Below, in pieces: positions 1 through 9,865 of a stretch of 64,000 nucleotides of DNA. This DNA is from Acidimicrobiales bacterium (GTDB taxonomy: Bacteria; Actinomycetota; Acidimicrobiia; Acidimicrobiales; Aldehydirespiratoraceae): assembly GCA_963667505.2 (NCBI GenBank), contig OY763490.2, forward strand, positions 3,245,773 to 3,309,772, in the 5' to 3' direction. Every line of letters begins with the position of its first letter. Position 1 is the first letter of the stretch. The position numbers and the translations under genes are program-made. Below the pieces are notes generated by a model that was not told where the DNA came from, searched no databases, and was given only the letters and a program-made list of their open reading frames with translations.

Positions 1-698
1 CCGAGTCCGGGTTCGTGGTGGACGAGGCGACGCCGGCCGAGCGGCAGCGGATGGTGTTCTCGGCCATCGACGCCATCGCCGGCATCAACAGCCTGGACTG
101 GCGACGCGCCGGCCTGGACTGGCTAGACCCGAGCGGCACGGGCCGGCCGACCACCGCGATGCAGATCGGCCTGTACCGCAGCCACGTCCGCTCCGAGTTG
201 GCGGGCCGGGAGCATCCAGTGCTGCACGAGTCGCTGGACTGGCTCGCCGACAACGACCCCGGCGACGAGCGCGTGGGCCTCACCTGGGGCGACGCCCGAC
301 TCGGCAACATCATCCTGCAGGACTACCGGCCCGCGGCCATCCTCGACTGGGAGGTCTGCGCGCTCAGTCCCACCGAGGCCGACGTGGGCTGGTGGCTGAT
401 GTTCGACCGGATGTCGTTCGACGACATGGGTATCGACCGCCTCGCCGGCTACCCGACCCGGGACGAGATGGTCGCCCACTACGAGCAGGTGTCGGGCCTA
501 GAGGTGCGCGACCCCCACTACTGGGAGGTGTTCGGCGCCATGCGCTTCTGCACCATCTTCATCCGCTTGGGCGACCGCCTCACCGCGGCCGGCCTCCTGC
601 CGCCCGAGAAGAACCCAGCCGTAGGCAACCAGGTCACCGTCGCCCTGGCGAAACTGCTAGAAATCGACAACCCCACCCCCGACGTGTTGGCCCAATAG
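1..698 (+). CDS. phosphotransferase (APH/choline-kinase-like) family protein, 5' end outside window
   Basis: Frame of ORF 15..698 stays open back to base 3, so the gene runs off the left edge. C-terminal kinase-fold motifs are present (GDARLGNIIL, ILDWEVCALSPTEADVGWWL). Confidence 0.6.
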   Translation, partial: ESGFVVDEATPAERQRMVFSAIDAIAGINSLDWRRAGLDWLDPSGTGRPTTAMQIGLYRSHVRSELAGREHPVLHESLDWLADNDPGDERVGLTWGDARLGNIILQDYRPAAILDWEVCALSPTEADVGWWLMFDRMSFDDMGIDRLAGYPTRDEMVAHYEQVSGLEVRDPHYWEVFGAMRFCTIFIRLGDRLTAAGLLPPEKNPAVGNQVTVALAKLLEIDNPTPDVLAQ

Positions 699-760
699 CG
701 GCGCAGCACCGCGGTCCGGCCTGGCGGGATCCCAGCGGTGTGCCGGAACGGTTCCGGCCC

Positions 761-1530
761 TCAGGCCCGGCTCGCGCTGATGCCTGGGAGTGGTTGCTGG
801 GCGAGTGTCTTGTAGGGGTCGTCCTCGGCTCTTGGCGGCCGACTCGATCGGACATCGGTCCACAGGGCGTGCAGCTCCGGCGAGCCGCGATAGATGCGTC
901 CTCTCCCTGCGCCAACAGCATTGAGCAGGCCGGCGTCGGTGAGGGCCCTGAGGTCGCGGCTGGCGCTGAGGTCGGAGATCGGGTCGCCGTCGGTGATCTC
1001 GACGAGTTTCGCGTAGAGGGACCGCTGGAGCCTTCGGCCTCGTGCAGCGTCGGCGAGCGCTCCGATGGATCGCGGCGGCAGTCCGCGCTTGGCGATTTCC
1101 TGGGCTAGGCCGTCATAGAGCTGCTCGGTCTCGTGGACGCGCCGCTGCAGCGTCCAGGCCTGGCGGTAGTGCGCCCGCAGCATGAACCGGATCCACGCAC
1201 GGGCCGAGATGTGCGGTTGCCAGCTGCCCTGCCCGACTCGGAGAGGACCGCGTAGTAGTCGAGGGTGTTGCGCCCGAGGTACTCCTCCACTGAGGAGAAC
1301 ACCGGCGAGACCATGCCCTCCCCGGCGAGGACCATCGTCTGCCGAGCCCGGCCCATCCGTCCGTTGCCGTCGCGGAACGGACGGATCATCACCAGGTTGA
1401 GGTGAGCCATCGCGGCGCGGAACGTACCATGGGTTCCTCGGGCATCCGTCGGCCTTACCCTCGCGCTGGCCCCTCGCACCGGCAACGCTGGGGAAGTCGA
1501 ACGACAACTGCTGGAACGGGTTCGGTGCAT
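761..1530 (-). pseudogene. Fic/DOC family protein remnant (frameshifted, 5'-truncated, catalytic His replaced)
   Basis: The Fic core (AAMAHLNLVMIRPFRDGNGRMGRA ... DYYAVLSE) lies in the frame of ORF 1105..1530. The continuation (VGQGSWQPHISARAWIRFML ... C-terminal wHTH-like part) lies in the frame of ORF 761..1624. The frames switch at about 1237-1240, consistent with a 1-nt deletion. The motif reads IRPF (CGT) instead of IHPF. No N-terminal Fic region precedes it. Confidence 0.7.
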
Positions 1531-1592
1531 GGCGACATCGGTTGATCACCGGGACGTCTCGGGCGACAGCAAGAGCAACAGGAGGCGAAGGA

Positions 1593-2588
1593 GTGAGATT
1601 CGGGCTCTGGTACGACTTCCGCAACCCTCGGCGGCAGCCGTGGCCGGAACTGTACGGCGAGTTGCTCGACCAGATCGAGTGGGCGGACTCGGCCGGCTTC
1701 GAGTCGGTCTGGCTGTCGGAGCATCATGTCACCGACGACGGCTACATGCCGTCGGTGTTCGCGATGCTGGCTGCGATTGCAGGCCGGACCCGGAACCTGC
1801 GGTTGGGCACCGCGGTGTGCCTGGCCCCGCTGCACCATCCGATCCGCTTGGCCGAGGACGCTGCCGTGGTGGACGTGCTCTCCGGCGGGCGTGTGGAACT
1901 CGGACTCGCGCCCGGATACCGGCCGTTCGAGTTCGAAGTGCTGGGCGTGCCCCGCTCCCAGCGCGGCGTGCGCACCGATGAGGCGCTGGAGATCCTGCGC
2001 CAGGCTTGGACCGGCGAGCAATTCTCGTACTCAGGGAAGGTCTTCGATTTGCGCGACGTGGTCGTTCAGCCGGTTCCGCTTCGGGGTGCCGACTCGCCGG
2101 TTCACGTCGGCGGCTCCAGTCCGGCAGCCGCCCGCCGGGCCGCACGCCACGGCTGCAGCTTCATGCCTGACGTCGGCACCGGCAAAGACCTGCACAACCA
2201 GTATCGGTCAGAGTTGCTGAGGGCCGGGTTCGACCCGGCGGACTTCGACATCACCATGAACGGGTGTGTCTTCGTATGCGACGAGCCCGACCGCGGCCGC
2301 GCCCAGGTCCGTCGGTCTCTCACCTACATGTACGAGCGCTACTACGCGTGGGGGAGGGAGGGCGAGAGCTCGGCTGTCTCGGAGTTCGAGCCCATCGCTA
2401 CCGAGCGGCTGGACGAGCTGTGCATCGTCGGCGGGCCGGGTGAGGTGATCAGCCGGGTGGGCGCCCTCCGCGACGAGTTCTCGCCTGACCGGTTCATCTT
2501 CTGGGGCCGACTGCCGGGGATGCCGATCGAGGACGCGAACAGGTCGCTTCAACTGTTCGTCGAAGAGGTGATGCCCGCCATCGGCTGA
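1593..2588 (+). CDS. LLM-class (luciferase-like) flavin/F420-dependent oxidoreductase
   Basis: Motifs RFGLWYDF...WLSEHHVTDDGYMPS...GRVELGLAPGY. GTG at 1593 is preceded by GGAGGCGAAGGA. The ORF track starts at 1542, so the start is uncertain. Confidence 0.75.
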   Translation: MRFGLWYDFRNPRRQPWPELYGELLDQIEWADSAGFESVWLSEHHVTDDGYMPSVFAMLAAIAGRTRNLRLGTAVCLAPLHHPIRLAEDAAVVDVLSGGRVELGLAPGYRPFEFEVLGVPRSQRGVRTDEALEILRQAWTGEQFSYSGKVFDLRDVVVQPVPLRGADSPVHVGGSSPAAARRAARHGCSFMPDVGTGKDLHNQYRSELLRAGFDPADFDITMNGCVFVCDEPDRGRAQVRRSLTYMYERYYAWGREGESSAVSEFEPIATERLDELCIVGGPGEVISRVGALRDEFSPDRFIFWGRLPGMPIEDANRSLQLFVEEVMPAIG

Positions 2589-2620
2589 GACGGAGCCGAC
2601 TGGCTTGCGATGCGCTCAGA

Positions 2621-3520
2621 TCAGAGATGGGTCTCGAACCAGTCTGCACACAGGACTGCGGCGTCGCCTCGTCGTCGCTGGTCCTTGTAGATCGTCTGGT
2701 GGGTTGACTTGCGGATGATCTCGAGCCGCTTGTCGCGGCAGGGGATAGCGTGAAAGGCATCGAGAGCAAGATCCCAGTGGGTGTGGTCATCGCCTTCGGC
2801 CAACACCACAAGGGTAGCGCACCTGTCGATTCGCTCGGCGTACGGGCGGACGTTGTACTCCAGCAGCCACTCGGTGGAGCGTGTAGTCGCCTTGCCGACG
2901 TAGTTCGGCCCTTCGTGGACGAGCTCGCGGAACATGTCGGCGCTGGTCGGAAACGGCCATGTGGCCAAGCCTTCGGGTTCTTGGGGATTGTGGTCGAGGT
3001 AGCCGGGCCGGCTGCCGCTGAACTGAGCCGAGCGGTCGGTTTCGACGGCTCTGAGCAGCTCGCGGAAAGAGATCGTGCCGTGCGCCAATCGCAGATTCTC
3101 GTAGCCGTTGATCACTGGCACGACGGAACTGGCGGCCTTGACTCGCCGGTCGGTGGCAGCCAACTGGAGGACATGTCCGCCGCTGTAGGAGATTCCCCAT
3201 ACACCGATGCGTTCGGGATCGACACCATCGATCTGCTGAGCGAATGAGATGGCGTTCTTGTAGTCCTCGATCTGGTCCCACGGATTGATCCGCTGTCGTG
3301 GCTCGCCTTCGGACTCTCCAAGGCAGCGATAGTCGAATACCAGCGCCGCCATGTTCCGCCTGTTGAATTCCCGGGCGAACGACGGTTGCACGATCTCTTT
3401 GACGTAGCACCATCCGCCCCCCTGCACGACTATGGGAATGGCGGCTGCGTCGACACCTTCAGGCAGGTAGAGATCTGCTGAGATCTTCAAGCCGTCACTA
3501 CGAAACGTGACGCGTTCCAT
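2621..3520 (-). CDS. alpha/beta hydrolase (dienelactone-hydrolase-like)
   Basis: 299 aa. Nucleophile elbow GVWGISYSGGH. Last gene of the co-directional minus-strand cluster. Confidence 0.7.
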   Translation of the reverse strand: MERVTFRSDGLKISADLYLPEGVDAAAIPIVVQGGGWCYVKEIVQPSFAREFNRRNMAALVFDYRCLGESEGEPRQRINPWDQIEDYKNAISFAQQIDGVDPERIGVWGISYSGGHVLQLAATDRRVKAASSVVPVINGYENLRLAHGTISFRELLRAVETDRSAQFSGSRPGYLDHNPQEPEGLATWPFPTSADMFRELVHEGPNYVGKATTRSTEWLLEYNVRPYAERIDRCATLVVLAEGDDHTHWDLALDAFHAIPCRDKRLEIIRKSTHQTIYKDQRRRGDAAVLCADWFETHL

Positions 3521-3588
3521 TGTTGCACCCCCGTCTCCAGCCAGCCTCTGGGGCTGGTGCTTCGTGTAATGGGCTCACAGTCAGTCTC

Positions 3589-4506
3589 TTAGCAGAACGT
3601 TTCCACAAGGCGGTTGCGCTTCGCGAGGCGGACTGCTTCGGTCATCGTTCTGAAGTGAAGGCCCGGACGGTCGGCTGTCTGCCGCAGCACGCGTTCAACC
3701 ATCTTCAACACATGAGCTCTGCCCGTCACCTGCGGGTGCATGGTGATGTTCACCACGCCGTTGGGCTCGTGCTCCAAGGCGTACTCGATGTGGTCGAGCC
3801 AGTCCCCGCCGATGGCCTCGGTGGATCCGTATCCCGGCCGCAACGGCTCCCACACGAACGTGAACGGAGGGAAGTCGTCCAGACTCCAGCTGACCGGAAC
3901 CTCCACGATGGACGTAGGCGTGCCGAACGAGTAGCTGCCGTCCTCGTTGAGTCGGTCGCCGTCGCGCAGCCAGTACATCCGCAGGTCGTGGGCCATGAGG
4001 CTGCTGTCGTACTGGAACCCGTAGTCGGCCAGCAGCCGCGGCGAATGGGCATTGAGATTCCAGGAGGGTGAGCGGTAGCCGACCGGGGATTGACCCGTGA
4101 GGCGCTCGATGGCGTCCATGCCCTGCTCCAAGTACCGGGTCTCGGTGGCTCTGTCGAGACCCTCGAGAGGCTCATGGGCGTAGCCGTGGTGCTGGACCTC
4201 GTGGCCGGCCTCGACGATCCTGGAGCACACCTCGGGGAAGGTGTCAATCGTGTGGCCTGGCACGAACCAGGTGCTCGTGATGTCGAAGTCTCGTAGGAGC
4301 CTCAGCACACGATCGGCTCCGACTCGGGCGCCGAACTCACCGCGCGACAGGGTTCCGGGCGCCGTCGTGCGCATCATCGTGAGCCAGATGCACAGCGCGT
4401 CGAAGTCGAACGTAAGCAGGACCGACAAACCCGGAGCCTCAGGCTCGCTGGGCCGCGGTGGGTTGCTGGTGCGCTGAGTCTCGCGGGGCCTCTGTGGGTC
4501 GCTCAC
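3589..4506 (-). CDS. polysaccharide deacetylase (NodB homology) family protein
   Basis: Motifs LLTFDFDALC...TWFVPGHT...HEVQHHGYAHE. GTG at 4506 overlaps the upstream permease stop (GTGA). The longer 382-aa ORF upstream of this is off-target Arg/Pro-rich sequence. Confidence 0.7.
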   Translation of the reverse strand: MSDPQRPRETQRTSNPPRPSEPEAPGLSVLLTFDFDALCIWLTMMRTTAPGTLSRGEFGARVGADRVLRLLRDFDITSTWFVPGHTIDTFPEVCSRIVEAGHEVQHHGYAHEPLEGLDRATETRYLEQGMDAIERLTGQSPVGYRSPSWNLNAHSPRLLADYGFQYDSSLMAHDLRMYWLRDGDRLNEDGSYSFGTPTSIVEVPVSWSLDDFPPFTFVWEPLRPGYGSTEAIGGDWLDHIEYALEHEPNGVVNITMHPQVTGRAHVLKMVERVLRQTADRPGLHFRTMTEAVRLAKRNRLVETFC

Positions 4507-5393
4507 GTTCGGGCTCCTGTGGGTTGCTGATGTCTGAAGGCTTTTCGCACGCTTCCGATGTACATCAAGAGCAGGATCAGGGAAACGGTGATGATCAGGA
4601 CGCCGAGCGCGAAGATCGAGGGGGTGATCCTCAGCTGTGCAGCCGAAACCAGCATGAGAGGCAGGGTTCGATCGGCGCCCATTATGAAGATGGAGTGCGC
4701 ATACTCGTCGAAGCTCAGCATGAACGCGAAGAGACATGATCCTATTATTGCCGGCTTCATGACGGGAACAGTGACCGTGAAGAACGTCTCAAGCTGGGAC
4801 GCGCCCAACGTGTGGGCGGCTTCCTCGATGCGCCGATCGAAGCGGTTGAACAACACCATGAAGAGCAGGAACGAGAAGGGCATGGTCCAGACAACATGGG
4901 CGATGATCCCGGTGGTGAACAGCCCAGCAGGGATGCCCAGCTCCGAGAAGATGGTGACAAGGCCCAAGCTCACCGCCAGCCCCGGAGTCACGATCCCGAG
5001 CAGGATCGCGTAGGTCGCCAAGCGAGCGCCGCGGAACTTGGACCGCATGGCCTGCGCCGCGGCCATCGCGACAATCGTCGAGATCACCGCGGTAGCGACC
5101 GCCAGCTTCAGGGAGTTGCCGATGCTCGCCTTGAAGTCGAAGACGGCCTGCCCGAGATAGTCGGGGTGATCGGTGATGACGGACAGGTCGGCGAGGGACC
5201 GGTACCAGAGAGTGCCCGGATCCGTGATCGGGAACGTCGCTCCACCCTGGGGGCCTTGAAATGACAGCAGCAATATCAGCAGGATAGGTATATAGATGAA
5301 ACCCAGCACGATCAGCACCGGGATCGCCAGCGAGATCCGGGCCCACAGGCCGAAACGGACCGGCGGTGCAGGTCGAACCGCGCTTGAGCGCAT
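4503..5393 (-). CDS. ABC transporter permease (PotC/spermidine-putrescine type)
   Basis: 296 aa, multi-TM, with an EAA-like loop (RIEEAAHTLGASQLETFFTVTVP). Abuts the upstream permease stop. Confidence 0.8.
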   Translation of the reverse strand: MRSSAVRPAPPVRFGLWARISLAIPVLIVLGFIYIPILLILLLSFQGPQGGATFPITDPGTLWYRSLADLSVITDHPDYLGQAVFDFKASIGNSLKLAVATAVISTIVAMAAAQAMRSKFRGARLATYAILLGIVTPGLAVSLGLVTIFSELGIPAGLFTTGIIAHVVWTMPFSFLLFMVLFNRFDRRIEEAAHTLGASQLETFFTVTVPVMKPAIIGSCLFAFMLSFDEYAHSIFIMGADRTLPLMLVSAAQLRITPSIFALGVLIITVSLILLLMYIGSVRKAFRHQQPTGART

Positions 5394-6209
5394 TCAGAGG
5401 TCCCTCTCGAGTTGGGCGAAACGCAGCAGCCCCACGGCGATGGACAACGTGATCACGACGAGGGCGACCGCCTGAGCGCTCGCTTGCGGCCACAGCAGCA
5501 GTTCAGCCCTTCGCCAGACGGTTCCAGCCAGGAGTGGCGAAAGGCCCCCGCCGATGATTCGCTCGGTGGCGAAGTCCGACAGAATCATGACTGACACGAA
5601 GATCCAGCCGACGATTATGCCTGGTCGGGCCAACGGCAACTCGACGGTCCAGAACGTCTTGAAGGGGGACGCGCCCAAGTTCTGGGCTGCCCGCAGCAGG
5701 TCCTCGTCGAGTTGGCGGAGCTTGAAGAAGGTAGGGCCGATGATGAAGGCAACATAGAGAAAGACGAGTGCGGTCATCATCGAGGGCGATGTGTACAAGA
5801 ACAAGTCAGATGGTTCATCCAAGATGCTGGCCTCCGTCAAGGCGGTGTTGAGAAGACCGGCTCGGCCGAAGAGCGGGATCCAGGTGATCATTCGGATCAC
5901 ATAGCTGACGATGAACGGAACAAAGAGGAGAAAGATCAGAGCAGTGCGAACCCATTCAACCGTCACGACCCGGGCGGCGAAGTATGCGACAAGGACTCCG
6001 AAGACAGTAGAGATGGCGAGAACGGTCGCCAGAACCTGCAGCGTCCAGCGAACGGTCGCCCAGAACGTGCCGCTTGTGAGGATGTTGGCGTAGTTCGAGG
6101 CGGTGAGATCGGAGCGCATCCCCACCGATGCGCCCGTCCAGAAGCTGAACACCACGATTGCGCCCAGGGGGACGGCGAGGCCGATGGCGACCCACAGCAG
6201 GGCAGGCAC
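5394..6209 (-). CDS. ABC transporter permease (PotB type)
   Basis: 271 aa, multi-TM, with an EAA loop (LLRAAQNLGASPFKTFWTVELP). GTG start. Confidence 0.8.
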   Translation of the reverse strand: MPALLWVAIGLAVPLGAIVVFSFWTGASVGMRSDLTASNYANILTSGTFWATVRWTLQVLATVLAISTVFGVLVAYFAARVVTVEWVRTALIFLLFVPFIVSYVIRMITWIPLFGRAGLLNTALTEASILDEPSDLFLYTSPSMMTALVFLYVAFIIGPTFFKLRQLDEDLLRAAQNLGASPFKTFWTVELPLARPGIIVGWIFVSVMILSDFATERIIGGGLSPLLAGTVWRRAELLLWPQASAQAVALVVITLSIAVGLLRFAQLERDL

Positions 6210-6329
6210 AGCCAGCCGAGCCTGGCCGGTGACCAGACTCAGCCGAGCGGTGCGATCAGCGGTGTCAGCGGATGGCTTCAGATGCTCGTGGCCCCCTCGG
6301 ATCCGCCTGCGGGAGGTGGACGGCTCGGT

Positions 6330-7574
6330 CTAGGACGCGACGAAGTCCTGCCACCTCGACTCCAGGTACTCCGACTCGTCCGGGAACTGCCACCACCAGG
6401 CCGCCTTGGATGCGATGTCATCGACGGAGCCGCGGTCGCGGCCGCCGCCGTTGTACCAGTAGTCCCAGGCGTTGACTCCCGGCTCGGGCGAGTCGGCGCC
6501 CTCCAGCGCGGCCTGGGCCACCGACGGCGTCGGCGTCATGTAGCCCTGGTTGGCGACCGCGGCCGGCGCGAAGCCCTCGTGCCAGAAGTTGGCGTAGGCG
6601 ACGGCTGCGTCGTAGTTGGGGGACTCGGCTGACAGCACGACACCGTGGAACCACATGTTGTAGCCCTCCTTGATGGTGCCGTACACAGCCGGCTTGCCTC
6701 GGGCCGCCACCTCTCGGACGATCGGCTCCCAGGCGTTCATCAAGGACACCTCCCCGGTGTCGAGGATCTCGATCGCCTGCCCGAAGTCGTCCCACAGGAG
6801 CCGGAACTGTCCGTCCCGCTTACGCTCGATGAGGAAGTCGATGGCGAAGTCGATGTCGTTGCGGCTGGGGTTGCCGATAGTGCCCTCGGTCTGGTACTCG
6901 CCGGTCCCGACGAATGTGGCCAGCACTTCCATCGGAGCGCGCAGCGAGGCGTTGAACAGCGCCACCTTGCCCGCGTACTTGGGGTCCCACAGCGCGGCGT
7001 AGGAGTCGAGCTCCTCATCGATCAGGTCTGTGCGGTAGCCGATGGAGTCGCCGTTCCAAACCGTCGGAACAACCCACACCTCGTCGAGAGCGCCTGAGTC
7101 GCGGGCCTCCTGGGTGTAGATCTGGGTGAACGGGTGGCCGTCGCCATCCTGGCCGGCCGCGCCCGGTACCCGGAACACCTCCAACAGAGCGTCCCAGTGC
7201 GTGATGTCGGCCACCTTGATGGGCTGCAGCGTCCCGGCCTCCACCAGCGGCGCGATCTGGGCGCCTTGGGCTTCCATGACGTCCCACTGGTTCTGATAGC
7301 CGCCCTGGATCCACTGGGGCACCATCTCGCCGAACCCGACCTGGGTGCCGGTGGCGGGGATGCCCGTCTCTGCCGTGTACTGCGCCAGCACGGGGTCGAG
7401 CACGGTGGTGCCGATGCCCATGGTCCTCAGCTCGAGCTGCTGCTCGACCCTGCTGCCGCTGCACGCCGCCAGGAACGCCGGCATGGCGCCAATCCCGAGG
7501 GTCGCGTACCCGGTGTTGGCGAGGAATCGCCTCCGGGTCATGCCTCGAGGTTCTGGGTTGGGTTGGTGGTCCAT
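6330..7574 (-). CDS. ABC transporter substrate-binding lipoprotein (PotD/PotF-like), Tat-type signal
   Basis: N-terminus MTRRRFLANTGYATLGIGAMPAFLAACSG (twin-Arg plus lipobox). GGGAGG lies 4 nt upstream of the ATG. Confidence 0.8.
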   Translation of the reverse strand: MDHQPNPEPRGMTRRRFLANTGYATLGIGAMPAFLAACSGSRVEQQLELRTMGIGTTVLDPVLAQYTAETGIPATGTQVGFGEMVPQWIQGGYQNQWDVMEAQGAQIAPLVEAGTLQPIKVADITHWDALLEVFRVPGAAGQDGDGHPFTQIYTQEARDSGALDEVWVVPTVWNGDSIGYRTDLIDEELDSYAALWDPKYAGKVALFNASLRAPMEVLATFVGTGEYQTEGTIGNPSRNDIDFAIDFLIERKRDGQFRLLWDDFGQAIEILDTGEVSLMNAWEPIVREVAARGKPAVYGTIKEGYNMWFHGVVLSAESPNYDAAVAYANFWHEGFAPAAVANQGYMTPTPSVAQAALEGADSPEPGVNAWDYWYNGGGRDRGSVDDIASKAAWWWQFPDESEYLESRWQDFVAS

Positions 7575-7596
7575 GCTGCCTCCCGTTGGGTTGTTG

Positions 7597-8712
7597 CTAT
7601 TGCATGAGATATGCGTGATCTATGTCCCAGCCGACGAGCACGTCGTCGCCGAGTCGAAGCTGGCCGATGCCGTTTCCAGACTCGCCGCGGCTCAGGGACT
7701 CGGGTTCCTCCATGCGGTACTCCGTGCCGTCGGCAGCCTTGACCAGGAAGGTCACCGTGGTGCCCGAGTACCGAGCCCCGGCGACTGTTCCCTTGAAGTG
7801 GTTGGGCGTCTGCGCGGGAGTCACCCGCCTCAACGCGTCAGCCCGCACGATCAGAGTCGCAGGCTTCCCTGAGAGGACCGGGTGGCCGTCGGATCCCTTG
7901 GCGAGGAACTCGCCGAGCGTCGTGCGGATCCTGTGCAAGCCGCCGTCGGCGACCTCGGTCGGCGTGGCGTCCATCAGATTGTTCTGGCCGACGAAGCTGG
8001 CCACGAAGCGGGTCTTGGGCCGGGCGAACACCTCAGCCGGTGTGCCGACCTGCTCGAGTTGGCCATCGTGCAGCACGAGTATGCGGTCGGCCATCGCGAT
8101 GGCCTCGCTCTGGTCGTGGGTCACATGGATGAAGCTGCAGGCCAGCTCCTTCTGCAGCCGCTTGAGTTCTGCTTGCATCTCGATGCGGAGGGCGGCGTCG
8201 AGCGCTCCGAGAGCCTCGTCGAGCAGAACGACCCTGGGCTCAGTGGCGATTGCCCTGGCCAGCGCGACGCGCTGCTGCTGCCCCCCGCTGAGCTGCTCGG
8301 CCCGGCGGTCGCCGAGTCCCTCCAGGCCGACCAGGCTCAGCAGGTCGTCGGCTCGGCTGCGTCGCTCGGGCTTGGAGACCCCTCGCATGCGAAGGCCGTA
8401 GGCGACGTTGTCCCGGATGTTCAGGTGCGGGAACAGGGCGTAGCTCTGGAACACCATGGGCGTCCCCCGCCGGTGGGGAGGAACCGCCGCGGCGTCCTCG
8501 CCGAAGAGCTTGACGGTTCCGCCGGTCGGAGCGTCGAGCCCGGCGATCATGCGGACGGTGGTCGTCTTGCCCGATCCGCTCGGCCCGATGATGGAGAAGA
8601 ACTCCCCTGCGCGCACGGTGAAGGACACCGAGTCCAGCGCCAGAGTGTCACCGAAGAGGCGGGACACCTCCTCGAACTCGACCGCAGAATCGAGAGCTTC
8701 GGATTCCCTCAC
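7597..8712 (-). CDS. ABC transporter ATP-binding protein (PotA-like, with C-terminal TOBE-like domain)
   Basis: Walker A GPSGSGKTT, signature LSGGQQQRVALARA, Walker B VVLLDEALGALD. Confidence 0.9.
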   Translation of the reverse strand: MRESEALDSAVEFEEVSRLFGDTLALDSVSFTVRAGEFFSIIGPSGSGKTTTVRMIAGLDAPTGGTVKLFGEDAAAVPPHRRGTPMVFQSYALFPHLNIRDNVAYGLRMRGVSKPERRSRADDLLSLVGLEGLGDRRAEQLSGGQQQRVALARAIATEPRVVLLDEALGALDAALRIEMQAELKRLQKELACSFIHVTHDQSEAIAMADRILVLHDGQLEQVGTPAEVFARPKTRFVASFVGQNNLMDATPTEVADGGLHRIRTTLGEFLAKGSDGHPVLSGKPATLIVRADALRRVTPAQTPNHFKGTVAGARYSGTTVTFLVKAADGTEYRMEEPESLSRGESGNGIGQLRLGDDVLVGWDIDHAYLMQ

Positions 8713-8884
8713 GCCGCCCCTTCGCTCGCTGTGTCGACTGGGTCGCTACGTCATCGGTGCTCGGGGGTTTGGGGGTGGGATGACAAGCGATTCGTCGGCC
8801 GTCCGCCGGGTGGCCCGAGATGTGAGGCTAGTTCCCGCAGATTGGGCCATGCAAACCGCGCCTAGCGTCCCGCAGCGGCTGGCG

Positions 8885-9865
8885 TCAGTGTCGGGCGAGA
8901 TCCCGGACAGCTGATTCGATGGCCGTCCGGTCGGGCACGATGGCCGACTCCAAGTGGGCCGCGAACGGGATGGGCGCCCTCGGCGCAGCCAGTCGACGGA
9001 CGGGCGCGTCGAGGGAGTAGAAGAGCTCCGACGCCGCCCATGCGCACATCTCCCCGCCCCAGCCGAAGTCTTGGACGGCTTCGTGTACGACGATCATCCG
9101 GTTGGTTCGCTGCACCGACTGCGCCAGTGACTCCCGGTCGTAGGGCCAGATGAACCGCAGGTCGATGATCTCGCAGTCGATGCCTTCAGCGGCGAGCGAC
9201 TCGGCCGCGGCGAGCGACTCGGCCACCATCCGTCCCGCGGTCACGACGGTGACGGACTCGCCACGCCGGGCGATGCGGGCGCCGTAGGGGTGGGCGGCCG
9301 CATCGCCCGGCCCGACCTCGCCGCTCTCGCGGAAGTACGAGTACTTGCTCTCGACGAACACCACCGGGTTGTCGTCTTGGATGGAGTGCCGCAACATCCA
9401 ATAGGCGTCCGGCACGGTGGAAGGCATGGCCACAACCAGGCCCGGCACGTGCGCGAACCAGGTCTCGAGATGCTGCGAATGCTGGGGGCCATGCCCGGTG
9501 CCGGCATCGGACGGCGTCCTGATGACGATCGGGACCGCCACCTGGCCGCCTGACATGTAGCGAAGCTTGGCCGCGCCGTTGACGATCTGGTCCATGGCGG
9601 TGGTGATGAAGTCCATGAACATGATCTCCACCACCGGGCGCAACCCCGCCATGGCCGCGCCGATGGCCCAGCCCACGGTCGCCGACTCGGCCAGGGGAGT
9701 GTCGAGCACCCTGCCCTCGAAGCTGTCAGCCAGTCCCTGGGTGGCGGTGAACACCCCGCCGAGAGCCTCTATCTCCTGTCCCATGACCACTACGGCGGGA
9801 TCGGACGCGAGCTCGTCGGCCAGGGCTTTGCGGATCGCTTCGGCGTACTTGATCTCACCAGCCAC
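8885..9865 (-). CDS. alpha-ketoacid/acetoin dehydrogenase E1 component beta subunit (transketolase-like)
   Basis: 326 aa. Motifs VVVMGQEI...RVLDTPLAESATVGWAIGAAMAGLRPVVEIMFMDF. GTG start overlaps the E1 alpha stop by 11 nt. Confidence 0.85.
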   Translation of the reverse strand: MAGEIKYAEAIRKALADELASDPAVVVMGQEIEALGGVFTATQGLADSFEGRVLDTPLAESATVGWAIGAAMAGLRPVVEIMFMDFITTAMDQIVNGAAKLRYMSGGQVAVPIVIRTPSDAGTGHGPQHSQHLETWFAHVPGLVVAMPSTVPDAYWMLRHSIQDDNPVVFVESKYSYFRESGEVGPGDAAAHPYGARIARRGESVTVVTAGRMVAESLAAAESLAAEGIDCEIIDLRFIWPYDRESLAQSVQRTNRMIVVHEAVQDFGWGGEMCAWAASELFYSLDAPVRRLAAPRAPIPFAAHLESAIVPDRTAIESAVRDLARH

